From an uncultured Alphaproteobacteria bacterium (lineage in GTDB: Bacteria; Pseudomonadota; Alphaproteobacteria; Rs-D84), in NCBI GenBank assembly GCA_946623825.1, contig CAMORN010000001.1, positions 16,202 through 80,201 of the forward strand: a stretch of 64,000 nucleotides of DNA, given 5' to 3'. The notes beneath the pieces are model-generated. The model saw only the letters and a list, made by a program, of their open reading frames with translations. It did not search any database and was not told the origin of the DNA. Positions 49,986 to 59,679 of this stretch are shown here, in pieces. The position numbers were made by a program, and so were the translations under genes. How positions within the stretch are numbered: the stretch's first letter is position 1; each line of letters opens with the position of its first letter.

Positions 49986-51356
49986 ATGACACGTTTTACA
50001 AAAATTACAGCATCTATCGGTCCAAGTTCTGAAAGCAAAGAAGTTTTAACAAATATGATAAAGGCGGGCGTTAATGTCTGTCGTTTGAATTTTAGTCATG
50101 ATACCGGTGATATTCAGGGTGCAAAGATAGATATGATACGTTCTATTTCTGCGGAATTGGGAAAACCAGTTGCGGTTTTAATAGATATTCAGGGACCAAA
50201 ACACAGAATTGGTATTTTCGAAACAGAAAATCATTATCCATTAAAAATTGGTCAAAAATTTATATTAGATTCAGACCCAACACCTGGGAATGAAACACGT
50301 GTTCAATTGCCTGATTCAGATGTTATGCGTTCGCTGTCTGTTGGGGACAAGATTTTATTAAATGATGGTAAAATAGAATTGCGTGTTGATGCAGTATTTG
50401 ATGATAAAATTGAAACAACTGTTATTCGTGGGGACGAAATTTGGTCCAGACGCGGTTTCAATTTGCCAGATACAGATATAGACACAGAAATTTTAACACC
50501 AAAGGACAAAGCCGACCTTGAATACGCAATTACAAAAAATCCTGATTGGGTGGCGGTTTCTTTTGTGCAAAGGGCGGAAGATATCGCGTTTGTTCGTGAT
50601 TTTATTGCACAACGCACATCACACCCAATAAAAATTATTGCAAAGATAGAACGTCCAAACGCAGTTCAAAGAATTGTTGATATTGCGACAGCGGCGGACG
50701 GTATTATGATTGCGCGTGGTGATTTAGCGGTTGAAATGCCTTTTGAACAAGTGCCTGCGATTTCCCGTCAAATTATTCGTGAATGCAGAAAATTAAATCG
50801 TCCAGTTATAATGGCGACACAAATGTTGTCTAGCATGGTACACAGTGAATTTCCAACACGTGCTGAAATTTCAGACGTTGCAAATGCTGCATATTTGAGA
50901 ACAGACGCAACAATGACATCAGAAGAAACAACCATCGGTGATGATCCAGTGAATGTTGTAGATACTATGAATAAAATCCTGACATTTTCAGATATGGACA
51001 CAATCGCGAATCCATACGATTGGTCACGTATAGATAATGTTCCTGAAAATGATTGGTCGCGTTCTGTGTCATCTATGGCGTATTTGAACAAAGTAAATGC
51101 GATTGTTGTTTTTGCTCGTGATACAGATATTGCAATACAAATATCTTGCCGTCGTCCAGATATTCCAATTATTGCGGTTTGTGGGGACCAAGTTATTGCA
51201 AACCAATTGGCATTGGTTCGCGGTGTGTTCCCAATTTATGATGACTATTTATTCGGACAAAGGGACGCGTTTAATTCGGTTCGTCAATTTGGTATAGGAA
51301 CCGGAAAATTGGTTATCGTAGATGATGATAAGATAAGTTTAAGAACACTTGATTAA
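49986..51356 (+). CDS. pyk: Pyruvate kinase
   Basis: TKITASIGP, RLNFSH, DIQGPK, AKIE, IARGDL and ATQML motifs. Confidence 0.96.
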   Translation: MTRFTKITASIGPSSESKEVLTNMIKAGVNVCRLNFSHDTGDIQGAKIDMIRSISAELGKPVAVLIDIQGPKHRIGIFETENHYPLKIGQKFILDSDPTPGNETRVQLPDSDVMRSLSVGDKILLNDGKIELRVDAVFDDKIETTVIRGDEIWSRRGFNLPDTDIDTEILTPKDKADLEYAITKNPDWVAVSFVQRAEDIAFVRDFIAQRTSHPIKIIAKIERPNAVQRIVDIATAADGIMIARGDLAVEMPFEQVPAISRQIIRECRKLNRPVIMATQMLSSMVHSEFPTRAEISDVANAAYLRTDATMTSEETTIGDDPVNVVDTMNKILTFSDMDTIANPYDWSRIDNVPENDWSRSVSSMAYLNKVNAIVVFARDTDIAIQISCRRPDIPIIAVCGDQVIANQLALVRGVFPIYDDYLFGQRDAFNSVRQFGIGTGKLVIVDDDKISLRTLD

Positions 51357-51433
51357 AAAATGGGTCATTTGACCCATTTTTTTATATTTTTGTTGTTGAC
51401 CAATTTGTGTAAATTTTACTATCATTTTAAATT

Positions 51434-52579
51434 ATGAAGAGAATAATCAGCTTTGCTTTTTTAATATCTTGTTTTTTTGGTGCTGTATCTGCAAAAGATT
51501 ACCGTGCGGCATTGGTTGCAGATATAGATTCTGGTCAGGTTTTATACCAAGAAAACGCAGAACAATTAAATTATCCGGCATCACTTACAAAGATAATGAC
51601 TTTGTATTTAACTTTTGATGCGCTGGAACATGACAGATTGAAATTAGATGATTATTTAATTGTTTCTCAATATGCTGCAAATGCACAGCCTGTGAAATTG
51701 GGGCTGGCTGCGGGCAGCAAGATAAAGGTTGAAGATGCAATCAAGGCTGTTGCGGTTCATTCTGCAAATGATGTTGCGCGTGTGTTGGCTGAAAATTTAA
51801 AGGGTGGTAAAGAGGGCAGTTTTGCAACCATAATGACGCGTGTCGCAAAAGAAATTGGTTTGGAACATACTAATTTTGAAAATTCTTCGGGATTGCCAAA
51901 TGAAGACCATTTATCAACTGCGCGTGATATTGCAATGTTGTCTATGGCGGTGTATAAACATTTCCCACAATATTGGAAATATTTTGGAATCAAGACATGG
52001 ACTTATAACGGCAAAACATATACAAATGGAAACAGATTATTGGGAAATTATGCCGGTTGCGATGGTATGAAAACAGGTTTTACAAATAAATCAAAATATT
52101 CGTTGGTTGCAACTGCTAAACGTGAAAATACGCATTTGATTGCGGTTGTGTTGGGTGCTGAAAATAAAGATGTTCGTGCAGATGTTGCGCAAAAAATGTT
52201 AAATCTGGGATTCAGCAAATCTGGTCAAAAAATAACAACGGTTAAAACTGTACCTGCACCAAAAAACAGTCCTGTGACGCGTTACGCACAAAATTATGAA
52301 GAATATAGCGAGCCAGTCAGATATGAATACGAAAACACCGAAATATCTGCACGTATGACAGGTGATGCCGGTGTTCAATTTGGTGCGTTTTCCGTATATA
52401 CTTCTGCACAAAATCAGGCAAAACGAGTAAATGATTTATTGGGTGTAAAACCTGAAATTGTGTATGGTGAAGAAAACAGAGTTTATCGTGTTCGTGTAAA
52501 TGGTGTGTCGGAACAAACTGCACAAAAACTGAAAAATTCTGCTGCACAACATGGAATAGATAGTTATGTTTTTCATTAA
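51434..52579 (+). CDS. D-Ala-D-Ala carboxypeptidase (S11) with C-terminal SPOR domain
   Basis: PASLTK (SxxK), SAN and KTG motifs; 'VQFGAF...YRVRV' SPOR domain. Confidence 0.92.
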   Translation: MKRIISFAFLISCFFGAVSAKDYRAALVADIDSGQVLYQENAEQLNYPASLTKIMTLYLTFDALEHDRLKLDDYLIVSQYAANAQPVKLGLAAGSKIKVEDAIKAVAVHSANDVARVLAENLKGGKEGSFATIMTRVAKEIGLEHTNFENSSGLPNEDHLSTARDIAMLSMAVYKHFPQYWKYFGIKTWTYNGKTYTNGNRLLGNYAGCDGMKTGFTNKSKYSLVATAKRENTHLIAVVLGAENKDVRADVAQKMLNLGFSKSGQKITTVKTVPAPKNSPVTRYAQNYEEYSEPVRYEYENTEISARMTGDAGVQFGAFSVYTSAQNQAKRVNDLLGVKPEIVYGEENRVYRVRVNGVSEQTAQKLKNSAAQHGIDSYVFH

Positions 52580-52591
52580 AGAAATAAAAAG

Positions 52592-53182
52592 ATGAATGTA
52601 AAGATAGAAAAACTTATTAAACAATTTGCAAAATTGCCACGTGTTGGTAATCGTGCCGCGACGCGTATTGCATTGGGTTTATTACAGGACAAAAACGGAC
52701 GTATTCAAATGTTGACGGACGCATTAACGGATGCCGCAAACTGTATTCATCCGTGTTCTTGTTGTGGTGTATTAACAGATATGGATTTATGTGAATATTG
52801 TTCTGATATAACACGTAAAAATGGACAATTATGCATTGTTCGTGATTTGTCTGATGTGTTGGTCCTTGAAAAATCTGGGGTTTTTCATGGGCGCTATCAT
52901 GTGTTGGGTGGAAATTTAAGCGGTGTTTCTGGTATCACACCAAATGATTTAAATTTAGATAATATTAAAAACAGAATAGAAAAAGAAAATATCAAAGAAA
53001 TCATTTTTGCTTTGCCAAATACGGTAGAAGGAAAAACCACACAACAATATATCATGTCAATTATTGGCGATAGAGACGTTGTTTTTTCTGAATTGGCATC
53101 GGGCGTACCATTGGGCGGTGATTTAGATTATATAGATGATGGCACTTTGACATTGGCCTTTGGGGGACGTAAAAAATTATGA
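52592..53182 (+). CDS. recR: Recombination mediator RecR
   Basis: 'KLPRVGNRAATR', C4 zinc finger, 'YHVLGG' and 'GVPLGGDLDYID' motifs. Confidence 0.95.
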   Translation: MNVKIEKLIKQFAKLPRVGNRAATRIALGLLQDKNGRIQMLTDALTDAANCIHPCSCCGVLTDMDLCEYCSDITRKNGQLCIVRDLSDVLVLEKSGVFHGRYHVLGGNLSGVSGITPNDLNLDNIKNRIEKENIKEIIFALPNTVEGKTTQQYIMSIIGDRDVVFSELASGVPLGGDLDYIDDGTLTLAFGGRKKL

Positions 53183-54012
53183 CGGATAAAATTGCTTCTT
53201 TGCCACCGGTGTCAGAAATGATGCGTGAATGCGGTTTGGAACCAAAAAAACAATTTGGTCAAAATTTTTTATTTGATTTAAATTTAACATCTAAAATTGC
53301 TAAAAATGTTCCGAATATTGAAAATATCACGGTGGTAGAGGTTGGACCGGGGCCAGGCGGTTTAACACGCTCAATTTTAATGTGTGGTGCAAAAAAATTA
53401 ATTGCAATTGAAAAAGATACAACAACAGAACCTATATTAGATAAAATTCAAGATGCGTCTGACGGAAAATTAGAAATAATTTTTGGTGATGCATTAAAAA
53501 CAGATTTATCAAATTTGAACAAAGGTGGTTATGCAATTTGTTCTAATTTACCATACAATGTTGGTACAGAATTATTAATTGGTTGGTTGCATCAAATTGC
53601 AAATGGTGTGAATATTTTATCTTTAACTTGTATGTTTCAGAAAGAAGTTGCACAAAGAATTGTCGCAAATGTAGGAAACAAGCAATACGGCAGATTATCT
53701 GTGCTTGCGAATTTAATAGCAGACACGAAAATTTTATTTGATGTTCCAAATACTGCATTTGTTCCGATGCCAAAGGTTCAATCGGCAGTTGTTCAAATTA
53801 TTCCGAACAAAGATAAAATTAAAAAAATCAAAGATATATCATTGCTTGAAAAATTAACTGCGAAATTGTTTGGACAACGCAGAAAAATGATACGCGGAAT
53901 TATAAAAACAGATTGGGAAGAATTCGGGTTGACGGGTACCGAAAGGGCCGAAGAATTATCGCCTGAATTATTCTTAAAAATATCGGGAAATATAGATAAA
54001 AATCTGATATAA
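53179..54012 (+). CDS. rsmA: 16S rRNA dimethyladenosine transferase
   Basis: GQNFL, EVGPGPG, SNLPYN and MFQKEVA motifs. Confidence 0.97.
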   Translation: MTDKIASLPPVSEMMRECGLEPKKQFGQNFLFDLNLTSKIAKNVPNIENITVVEVGPGPGGLTRSILMCGAKKLIAIEKDTTTEPILDKIQDASDGKLEIIFGDALKTDLSNLNKGGYAICSNLPYNVGTELLIGWLHQIANGVNILSLTCMFQKEVAQRIVANVGNKQYGRLSVLANLIADTKILFDVPNTAFVPMPKVQSAVVQIIPNKDKIKKIKDISLLEKLTAKLFGQRRKMIRGIIKTDWEEFGLTGTERAEELSPELFLKISGNIDKNLI

Positions 54013-54038
54013 TATTCAAGAGAGAAGGAGAGAGAAAT

Positions 54039-55742
54039 ATGTCAATTGCGACACTTATATTTTTTGCAATCGCTTTTGTTGCGGTGTTTTTTATGCGTTT
54101 ATTCCGTATGGGGACTTTGCTGGCGTTTTTATTAACTGGCGTGTTGGCGGGTGAACATGTTCTTGGGTTGTTTGAGTTGTCTGGTACTTGGAATTTTCTG
54201 GGTGAATTAGGCATAATGTTTTTGTGGTTTAATATCGGTCTGCAAATTAATATGCACAGATTATGGCAACTGAGAAGAACTATATTCGGACTTGGTGCAT
54301 CTCAGGTTTTAATGGTTGCAATTATGCTGTTCCCAATATTATTTAATTTAACCCAATGGTCTTTGATTGGTACTGTTATGATTTCTTTAATTCTAGCAAT
54401 GTCCAGTACATCTGAAGATTTACAAATTTTGATGGATAAAAACCAATTACAGACAAATATGGGTCGACAAACTTTTTCTATTTTATTATTCCAAGATTTG
54501 TTATCAATTCCATTATTGGCTATGTTGCCGGTTATGGCGGGAAAATCTATAAACCTTGGTGCATCCGCGATAGATATTTTTGTGATGTCTGTCGGTTTAA
54601 TTTTGGGTGTGTTGGTTGTTTCTAAATTCTTGATAAACCCACTTATGCACGTTGTTGCAAAGGTACAATCTAACGAAGCTTTCGTATTGGCAATTATGGT
54701 TAATATTGCTGTTTGGGCAGTTGTGTTGGGATTGATGGGGTTGCCACCTGCGTTGGGGGCGTTTTTGGCCGGTATGTTGATGTCTGAAACAGTTTATAGC
54801 CATCAGGTAAATGCCCTGATAGAACCGTATGCAACATTATTCTTGTCTTTCTTTTTCATAGTGTTGGGTATGGGAATAAATTTACCTTTCTTGGCGGATC
54901 ATTGGAATATGGTTTTAATAGGTGTTGTTTGTTTGATTGCTATTAAGTTTTTTGCTTTATTTATGGTTGCACGTGTTCGTCATGTAGGAACCAGAGAAGC
55001 AACATTAATGTCATTAATTTTAGCTCAGGGTGGTGAATTTGGTTTGTTAATTTTACAGACCATGAAAACAAATGGAATATCTGCAATACCACCAGCCCAC
55101 CAAGAAATTTTAACAGCTATCATAATTGTTTCTATTATGATGACACCTATATTGGTTTTGATTTATGATCAATTTTTGAAATATGGATTAATATTTAATG
55201 GGGATAAAAATAAAAAAATATCAGAAGCAATTGTTGATAATACCCCGTCTGTTATAATCTGTGGTTTTGGTCGTATGGGACAAATTATTGCTCAGATGTT
55301 AGAAAGCGAAAATATTTCTTATGTTGCAATAGATGCAAATGTAGATGAAGTGGTTATGGCACGCGAAAGTGGTTATAATGTTATATATGGTGAATCTCGC
55401 AAAAAAGCTATTTTGTTGGCTGCTGGATTTAAATCAACAAAAACAAAAGCAGTTGTTATCGCTTTGAATGACGAAGTTGTTGCCCAAGAAGTTGTTCATA
55501 CAGTTAAAAGTATGTCAAATCGTACAAAAATATTTGCACGTGCACATAATTTAAAATCTTCACAAGAATTACTCGATTTGGGTGTAAAATCTGCAACACC
55601 AGAAATAATAGAATCTTCATTTACAATTGGTGAAAATTTAATGGCTGGGTTGGGATTGTCTCAGAATAAAATCAGTAATTTATTGAAAGATTTGCGTGCA
55701 AATAATTACGCGAAGGTCAAAAAACCAATTGATACAAAATAG
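54039..55742 (+). CDS. KefB/KefC-type cation:proton antiporter with TrkA-N domain
   Basis: 'ILLFQDL', 'LGAFLAG', 'LAQGGEFG' and 'ICGFGRMGQ' motifs. Confidence 0.93.
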   Translation: MSIATLIFFAIAFVAVFFMRLFRMGTLLAFLLTGVLAGEHVLGLFELSGTWNFLGELGIMFLWFNIGLQINMHRLWQLRRTIFGLGASQVLMVAIMLFPILFNLTQWSLIGTVMISLILAMSSTSEDLQILMDKNQLQTNMGRQTFSILLFQDLLSIPLLAMLPVMAGKSINLGASAIDIFVMSVGLILGVLVVSKFLINPLMHVVAKVQSNEAFVLAIMVNIAVWAVVLGLMGLPPALGAFLAGMLMSETVYSHQVNALIEPYATLFLSFFFIVLGMGINLPFLADHWNMVLIGVVCLIAIKFFALFMVARVRHVGTREATLMSLILAQGGEFGLLILQTMKTNGISAIPPAHQEILTAIIIVSIMMTPILVLIYDQFLKYGLIFNGDKNKKISEAIVDNTPSVIICGFGRMGQIIAQMLESENISYVAIDANVDEVVMARESGYNVIYGESRKKAILLAAGFKSTKTKAVVIALNDEVVAQEVVHTVKSMSNRTKIFARAHNLKSSQELLDLGVKSATPEIIESSFTIGENLMAGLGLSQNKISNLLKDLRANNYAKVKKPIDTK

Positions 55743-55805
55743 ATACATATCATTTGATTTTATGATGTCTAATTGCTATATTTTAAGAAACATAGGGAAA
55801 TTAAA

Positions 55806-56357
55806 ATGAAAAAGTTTCTTAAATATATAGCAATTATTTTTTCTGTATTTCTTATAGATTTAATAAGCAAGGTTGCTTTGTTGCATTTTCTTGCGCTGAA
55901 ATATGGTGATATTGTTTATAACCCGAATGTGGTTTGTGCAAAATGTCATATAGAGGGAATCTTTGTTCCATGGCAATATATAATTGGTTCTGATTTTGGA
56001 ATATCTCATTTGTTTAATGTTATTTTTGTTTGGAACAAGGGTGTTTCTTTTTCTGCTTTCGCGGGTATTATGCCAATAATAATATCTTTGTTAACCGCGT
56101 TAATTATTGCTTGGTTGATATATTATTTAATCAAGAAAGCGGCCAATTGGGAAAAATTACCTTTGGCAATTATTATAGGTGGTGCATTGGGTAATCTGGT
56201 TGACAGAATTCGTTTCGGCGCAGTTGCTGATTTTATACATTGGCATATTGGTAAATTGTGGACTTTCCCCGCGATATTCAATGTTGCAGATATATTTATA
56301 ACATTTGGTGTATGTTTATATTTAATAAATTTTATCAGAAACAGAAAGCATAAATAA
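55806..56357 (+). CDS. lspA: Lipoprotein signal peptidase II
   Basis: WNKGVSFS, GGALGNLVDR, VADF and FNVAD motifs. Confidence 0.95.
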   Translation: MKKFLKYIAIIFSVFLIDLISKVALLHFLALKYGDIVYNPNVVCAKCHIEGIFVPWQYIIGSDFGISHLFNVIFVWNKGVSFSAFAGIMPIIISLLTALIIAWLIYYLIKKAANWEKLPLAIIIGGALGNLVDRIRFGAVADFIHWHIGKLWTFPAIFNVADIFITFGVCLYLINFIRNRKHK

Positions 56358-56371
56358 AAAAAGGGTAAATT

Positions 56372-57916
56372 ATGGTTCAATATATGAATAATTCTGGTTT
56401 TAATCAATGGAATTCAATGCGTGAAAAAAACAATGCAAAACCACGCGCAGGATTTTTTACATGGTTGATAATGTTTTTAATTGCTTGGTGGGTTATTGGT
56501 TTGTTCGTACCGTCAAAACAAGACGCAACAAAAACAATAGAAACAACACAAATTGAAAAAACAAATGTAAAATCACAAACCCGTGTTGATGAAAATATTT
56601 CTTTTGATGTTCAGGGATTGCGTATATCAAAAATAGATTTATTGAAACACAAACAATCTGCAAAATCAGATGAAAAAGTTTCTTTGTTAAACGGTGAAAA
56701 TAATTTCATAGAAATTGGTTTAATTTCATCTGATGTGAAAACACCAAACATAAACACAAATTGGGAACATAAATCAAATTCATTGCATTGGAATTCTGAA
56801 AATGTTCATTTTGTTCGTGATATAAATGTTAATGAATATGTTATAACAATTACTGATACAATCAAAAATAATTCAGGCAAAGAAATAAGTATTACACCAT
56901 ATGCAAATATTGTTCGCAATGGTGTTGACGCTAAATCTTCTGTGGTTGAAACGGGCGGTGTTGTTTATGCAAACAAAGATTTAGATTATGCAAATTGGAA
57001 TCAATTGGATAAAAAATCTTTTGCATATTCTACGGTTCGTGGATCAATTGGTTTTGCAGATCAATATTGGGAAACAATATTATCGATTGACGCAAACGAC
57101 CAAACAATGAGTGTAAAGAAAAACGGTGAAAATTATTTTGCACAAACAAACGCTGCGCCGGTCAAGGTTGCCCCAAAATCAGAATCAAAAATAAATACTT
57201 ATATTTTTGCGGGCCCACGTTCAAGTGATGCGTTAAAAAATGCAGAAAGTATTATTCCGGGTATAGATGAAACAATCGATTATGGTTGGTTCTGGTTTTT
57301 CGCACAACCAATGTTGTGGATGTTGAATTGGTTGTTTGCGTTGGTTGGAAATTATGGAATCGCAATTATTTTGATGACTTTAATTGTCAGATTGTTGATA
57401 TGGCCATTAACACGCAAATCATATGTATCAACAATGATGATGCAAAAAATGCAACCTGAAATGCAAAGGGTTCAAAAATTATATGCAAATGACAAAGCGC
57501 GTCTTCAAATGGAAATGATGAAAATTTATCAAACACATAAAACATCGCCTATGTCTGGATGTTTGCCAATGTTGATTCAGATTCCAATCTTTTTCGCGTT
57601 GTACAAGGCTTTATTGATTTCCGTTCCTATGCGTTCAGCGCACTTTTTATGGATATCAGATTTAGCGGTAATGGACCCATATTTTATATTGCCAATTGTT
57701 ATGGGTTTAACAATGTGGTTGCAACAATATTTACAAACCCCAATCAAAACAACCGGTAATGATGTAATGGCATCTACACAACGTGTTATGAAATGGATGC
57801 CTGTGTTGTTCACAGTAATGTTCGCATGGATGCCGGCGGGTTTGGTTTTGTATTGGACGGTGTCTAATTTATTTGGAATATTGCAAATGTATATTATTAA
57901 AAAGACCACCAAATAA
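56372..57916 (+). CDS. yidC: Membrane protein insertase YidC
   Basis: DYGWFWF, GNYGIAII, MQKMQPEM, GCLPMLIQIP and LVLYW motifs. Confidence 0.97.
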   Translation: MVQYMNNSGFNQWNSMREKNNAKPRAGFFTWLIMFLIAWWVIGLFVPSKQDATKTIETTQIEKTNVKSQTRVDENISFDVQGLRISKIDLLKHKQSAKSDEKVSLLNGENNFIEIGLISSDVKTPNINTNWEHKSNSLHWNSENVHFVRDINVNEYVITITDTIKNNSGKEISITPYANIVRNGVDAKSSVVETGGVVYANKDLDYANWNQLDKKSFAYSTVRGSIGFADQYWETILSIDANDQTMSVKKNGENYFAQTNAAPVKVAPKSESKINTYIFAGPRSSDALKNAESIIPGIDETIDYGWFWFFAQPMLWMLNWLFALVGNYGIAIILMTLIVRLLIWPLTRKSYVSTMMMQKMQPEMQRVQKLYANDKARLQMEMMKIYQTHKTSPMSGCLPMLIQIPIFFALYKALLISVPMRSAHFLWISDLAVMDPYFILPIVMGLTMWLQQYLQTPIKTTGNDVMASTQRVMKWMPVLFTVMFAWMPAGLVLYWTVSNLFGILQMYIIKKTTK

Positions 57917-58011
57917 AAAACAAAAACACCGACAAAATGTCGGTGTTTTTTCGCTTTTTTCAAGACCCAATTTTTGGTATAATATTCGTATCAAAAAAAG
58001 GAAAAAGAGAG

Positions 58012-59241
58012 ATGAAAAATAAAATATTTTTAAGTTCTATGTTGATAATGTCTGTTGCACCGGCAATGGCGGAACCAAGTAATACGGGTGAATTTCCAAC
58101 CGGTGGTTTAATGCAGGAAGATTATACATATACCAATGCCGCAACATCAACCAACATGGACGGCGTATATGAAGGTTCAGTCAACGCCACCGCAGAATAC
58201 GAAGATGTGTTATATCAAATCGCCGCTGGACAATATTTACCGGCGGGCGCGGAATCGCCAATAGATTGTAATGTTGCGGGTTCGTTTTGTGCTGGGGTGC
58301 AAAATGGTGTTTATTATGATGCAAATAATAATCAGGGTTTAACATCATGTTCGGATGCGACAAACGGCGCATATACATTATCCGCCGGAACTGGTGACAG
58401 CGTAAATTCATGTTATCGTGAATGTACAAACGCGGATGTTGCACATTCCAAGGGAACATTAAATGGTGGTTATTATTACGGTGATAATAACCAATGCGAA
58501 CCAACAGACTGTTTTGACGGTTGGCATGTGAAAGCGGGTGTAAACGGTTCCGCAATTGCAACTGCAATTGGTACCGGAGAAGGTGAAAACAGAGCAAGTA
58601 TAAACGGCGCTGGTACATTCAAGCAACAAACATATGGTGGAACCGATCGTGCCCAGGCATTTTATGGCTTAACCGATAACAACACATGGGCGGTATATTA
58701 CGACAGCACCCATGGAATGTTGACAGGACAAGCGCGCTGCAGCACACAAAGTGGTAGCCTAGGAGAAATGTCAAATGGTACATATCCAGATATAACCACA
58801 TTCGCATCTTTAACCGATGAAACTGGACAAGAGGGTGCAAAATATTGTTATTGTAATGTAACCGGATATAAAGATACAAATGGCAACTTGCAAAGCTTGT
58901 CCTCCCCTTGGGTGTTCCGCAGCGACCTCTTCGGCGTGTCGGGTTGCGCGAACAGCTGCGCTGACTACTGTGCGTCTTACATGCGTGGCGCGAACTCGGG
59001 CAACCTCGCGTATCGTGCTGCGGTGTTTGGTTCAATTGAATCAAGTCCAGCCATGTGTGAAGCCAATACAATTACAATTAATTGGTCAAATGCAGATGCG
59101 GCTGATATATCTGCAAACAATGCGGGAACCGCGACATACGGTTCTGACGTTCGTACCCCAGTTAAGGCACAGACAATTAAGGGTAAAACATTCCGTGGTT
59201 GGCGTTTCAGCAAACCACAACAAACAACAACTGGTAATTAA
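58012..59241 (+). CDS. Secreted Cys-rich surface protein, paralog 2; putative DGR target
   Basis: Signal peptide; homologous to 3159-4334 at the N-terminus (through GWHVK) and the C-terminus (CEAN...TTTGN); contains a GC-rich, A-poor internal segment. Confidence 0.87.
   Translation: MKNKIFLSSMLIMSVAPAMAEPSNTGEFPTGGLMQEDYTYTNAATSTNMDGVYEGSVNATAEYEDVLYQIAAGQYLPAGAESPIDCNVAGSFCAGVQNGVYYDANNNQGLTSCSDATNGAYTLSAGTGDSVNSCYRECTNADVAHSKGTLNGGYYYGDNNQCEPTDCFDGWHVKAGVNGSAIATAIGTGEGENRASINGAGTFKQQTYGGTDRAQAFYGLTDNNTWAVYYDSTHGMLTGQARCSTQSGSLGEMSNGTYPDITTFASLTDETGQEGAKYCYCNVTGYKDTNGNLQSLSSPWVFRSDLFGVSGCANSCADYCASYMRGANSGNLAYRAAVFGSIESSPAMCEANTITINWSNADAADISANNAGTATYGSDVRTPVKAQTIKGKTFRGWRFSKPQQTTTGN
58894..59031 (+). 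other. Putative DGR variable region (VR)
   Basis: 46 consecutive codons with no third-position A; 22 end in C. 58901-59030 has 83/130 G+C and 14/130 A. Includes the run cgc-agc-gac-ctc-ttc-ggc. No template repeat seen in the window. Confidence 0.7.
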
Positions 59242-59261
59242 TTTTAATGTTTATAAAAAAA

Positions 59262-59282
59262 AACGCCCGTTTGGGCGTTTTT
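59262..59282. terminator. Intrinsic terminator (family also at 21926-21946 and 26241-26261)
   Basis: aacgccc-gttt-gggcgttttt hairpin. Confidence 0.8.
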
Positions 59283-59625
59283 ATTTTATGTATTTATATA
59301 AATCATCGGGGCGTTGTATAAATATGTTTTTTATGCCACATACATGCTTGGTAAATTGAACACAGGTTAATGATGTTGTTTTTGTTTCTTTTGCGTGTTG
59401 TGGGGCAAATTTAGCGTTATATTGAATAAATTCCCAGCCATGTGCAGATAATATTTTTAAATCACGTCTCGAAAGCTGTATTTGTACAATACGATTTCTT
59501 TTTTCAAATTGATATAAAATAAAACAATCTTTTGTTTCAATCATTGGTGCGCAATGTTTGAAATGTCTGCAAAATATTTTTGCTGATAATTTATGTGAAT
59601 ACATGGAAAAAGCGATATATACCAT
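59281..59625 (-). CDS. Hypothetical protein
   Basis: 114-aa ORF with GAGG RBS upstream; no motif recognised. Confidence 0.5.
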   Translation of the reverse strand: MVYIAFSMYSHKLSAKIFCRHFKHCAPMIETKDCFILYQFEKRNRIVQIQLSRRDLKILSAHGWEFIQYNAKFAPQHAKETKTTSLTCVQFTKHVCGIKNIFIQRPDDLYKYIK

Positions 59626-59679
59626 TTTAAATACCTCTTTTTAGGTTCTGATTTATTTCAAATAAATCAGAACCGATAA

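Noticed and set aside
59029-59042. ttcaattgaa palindrome right after the VR as a DGR cruciform hairpin
   Set aside because: It is AT-rich, short and has no loop, so it is too weak to call.
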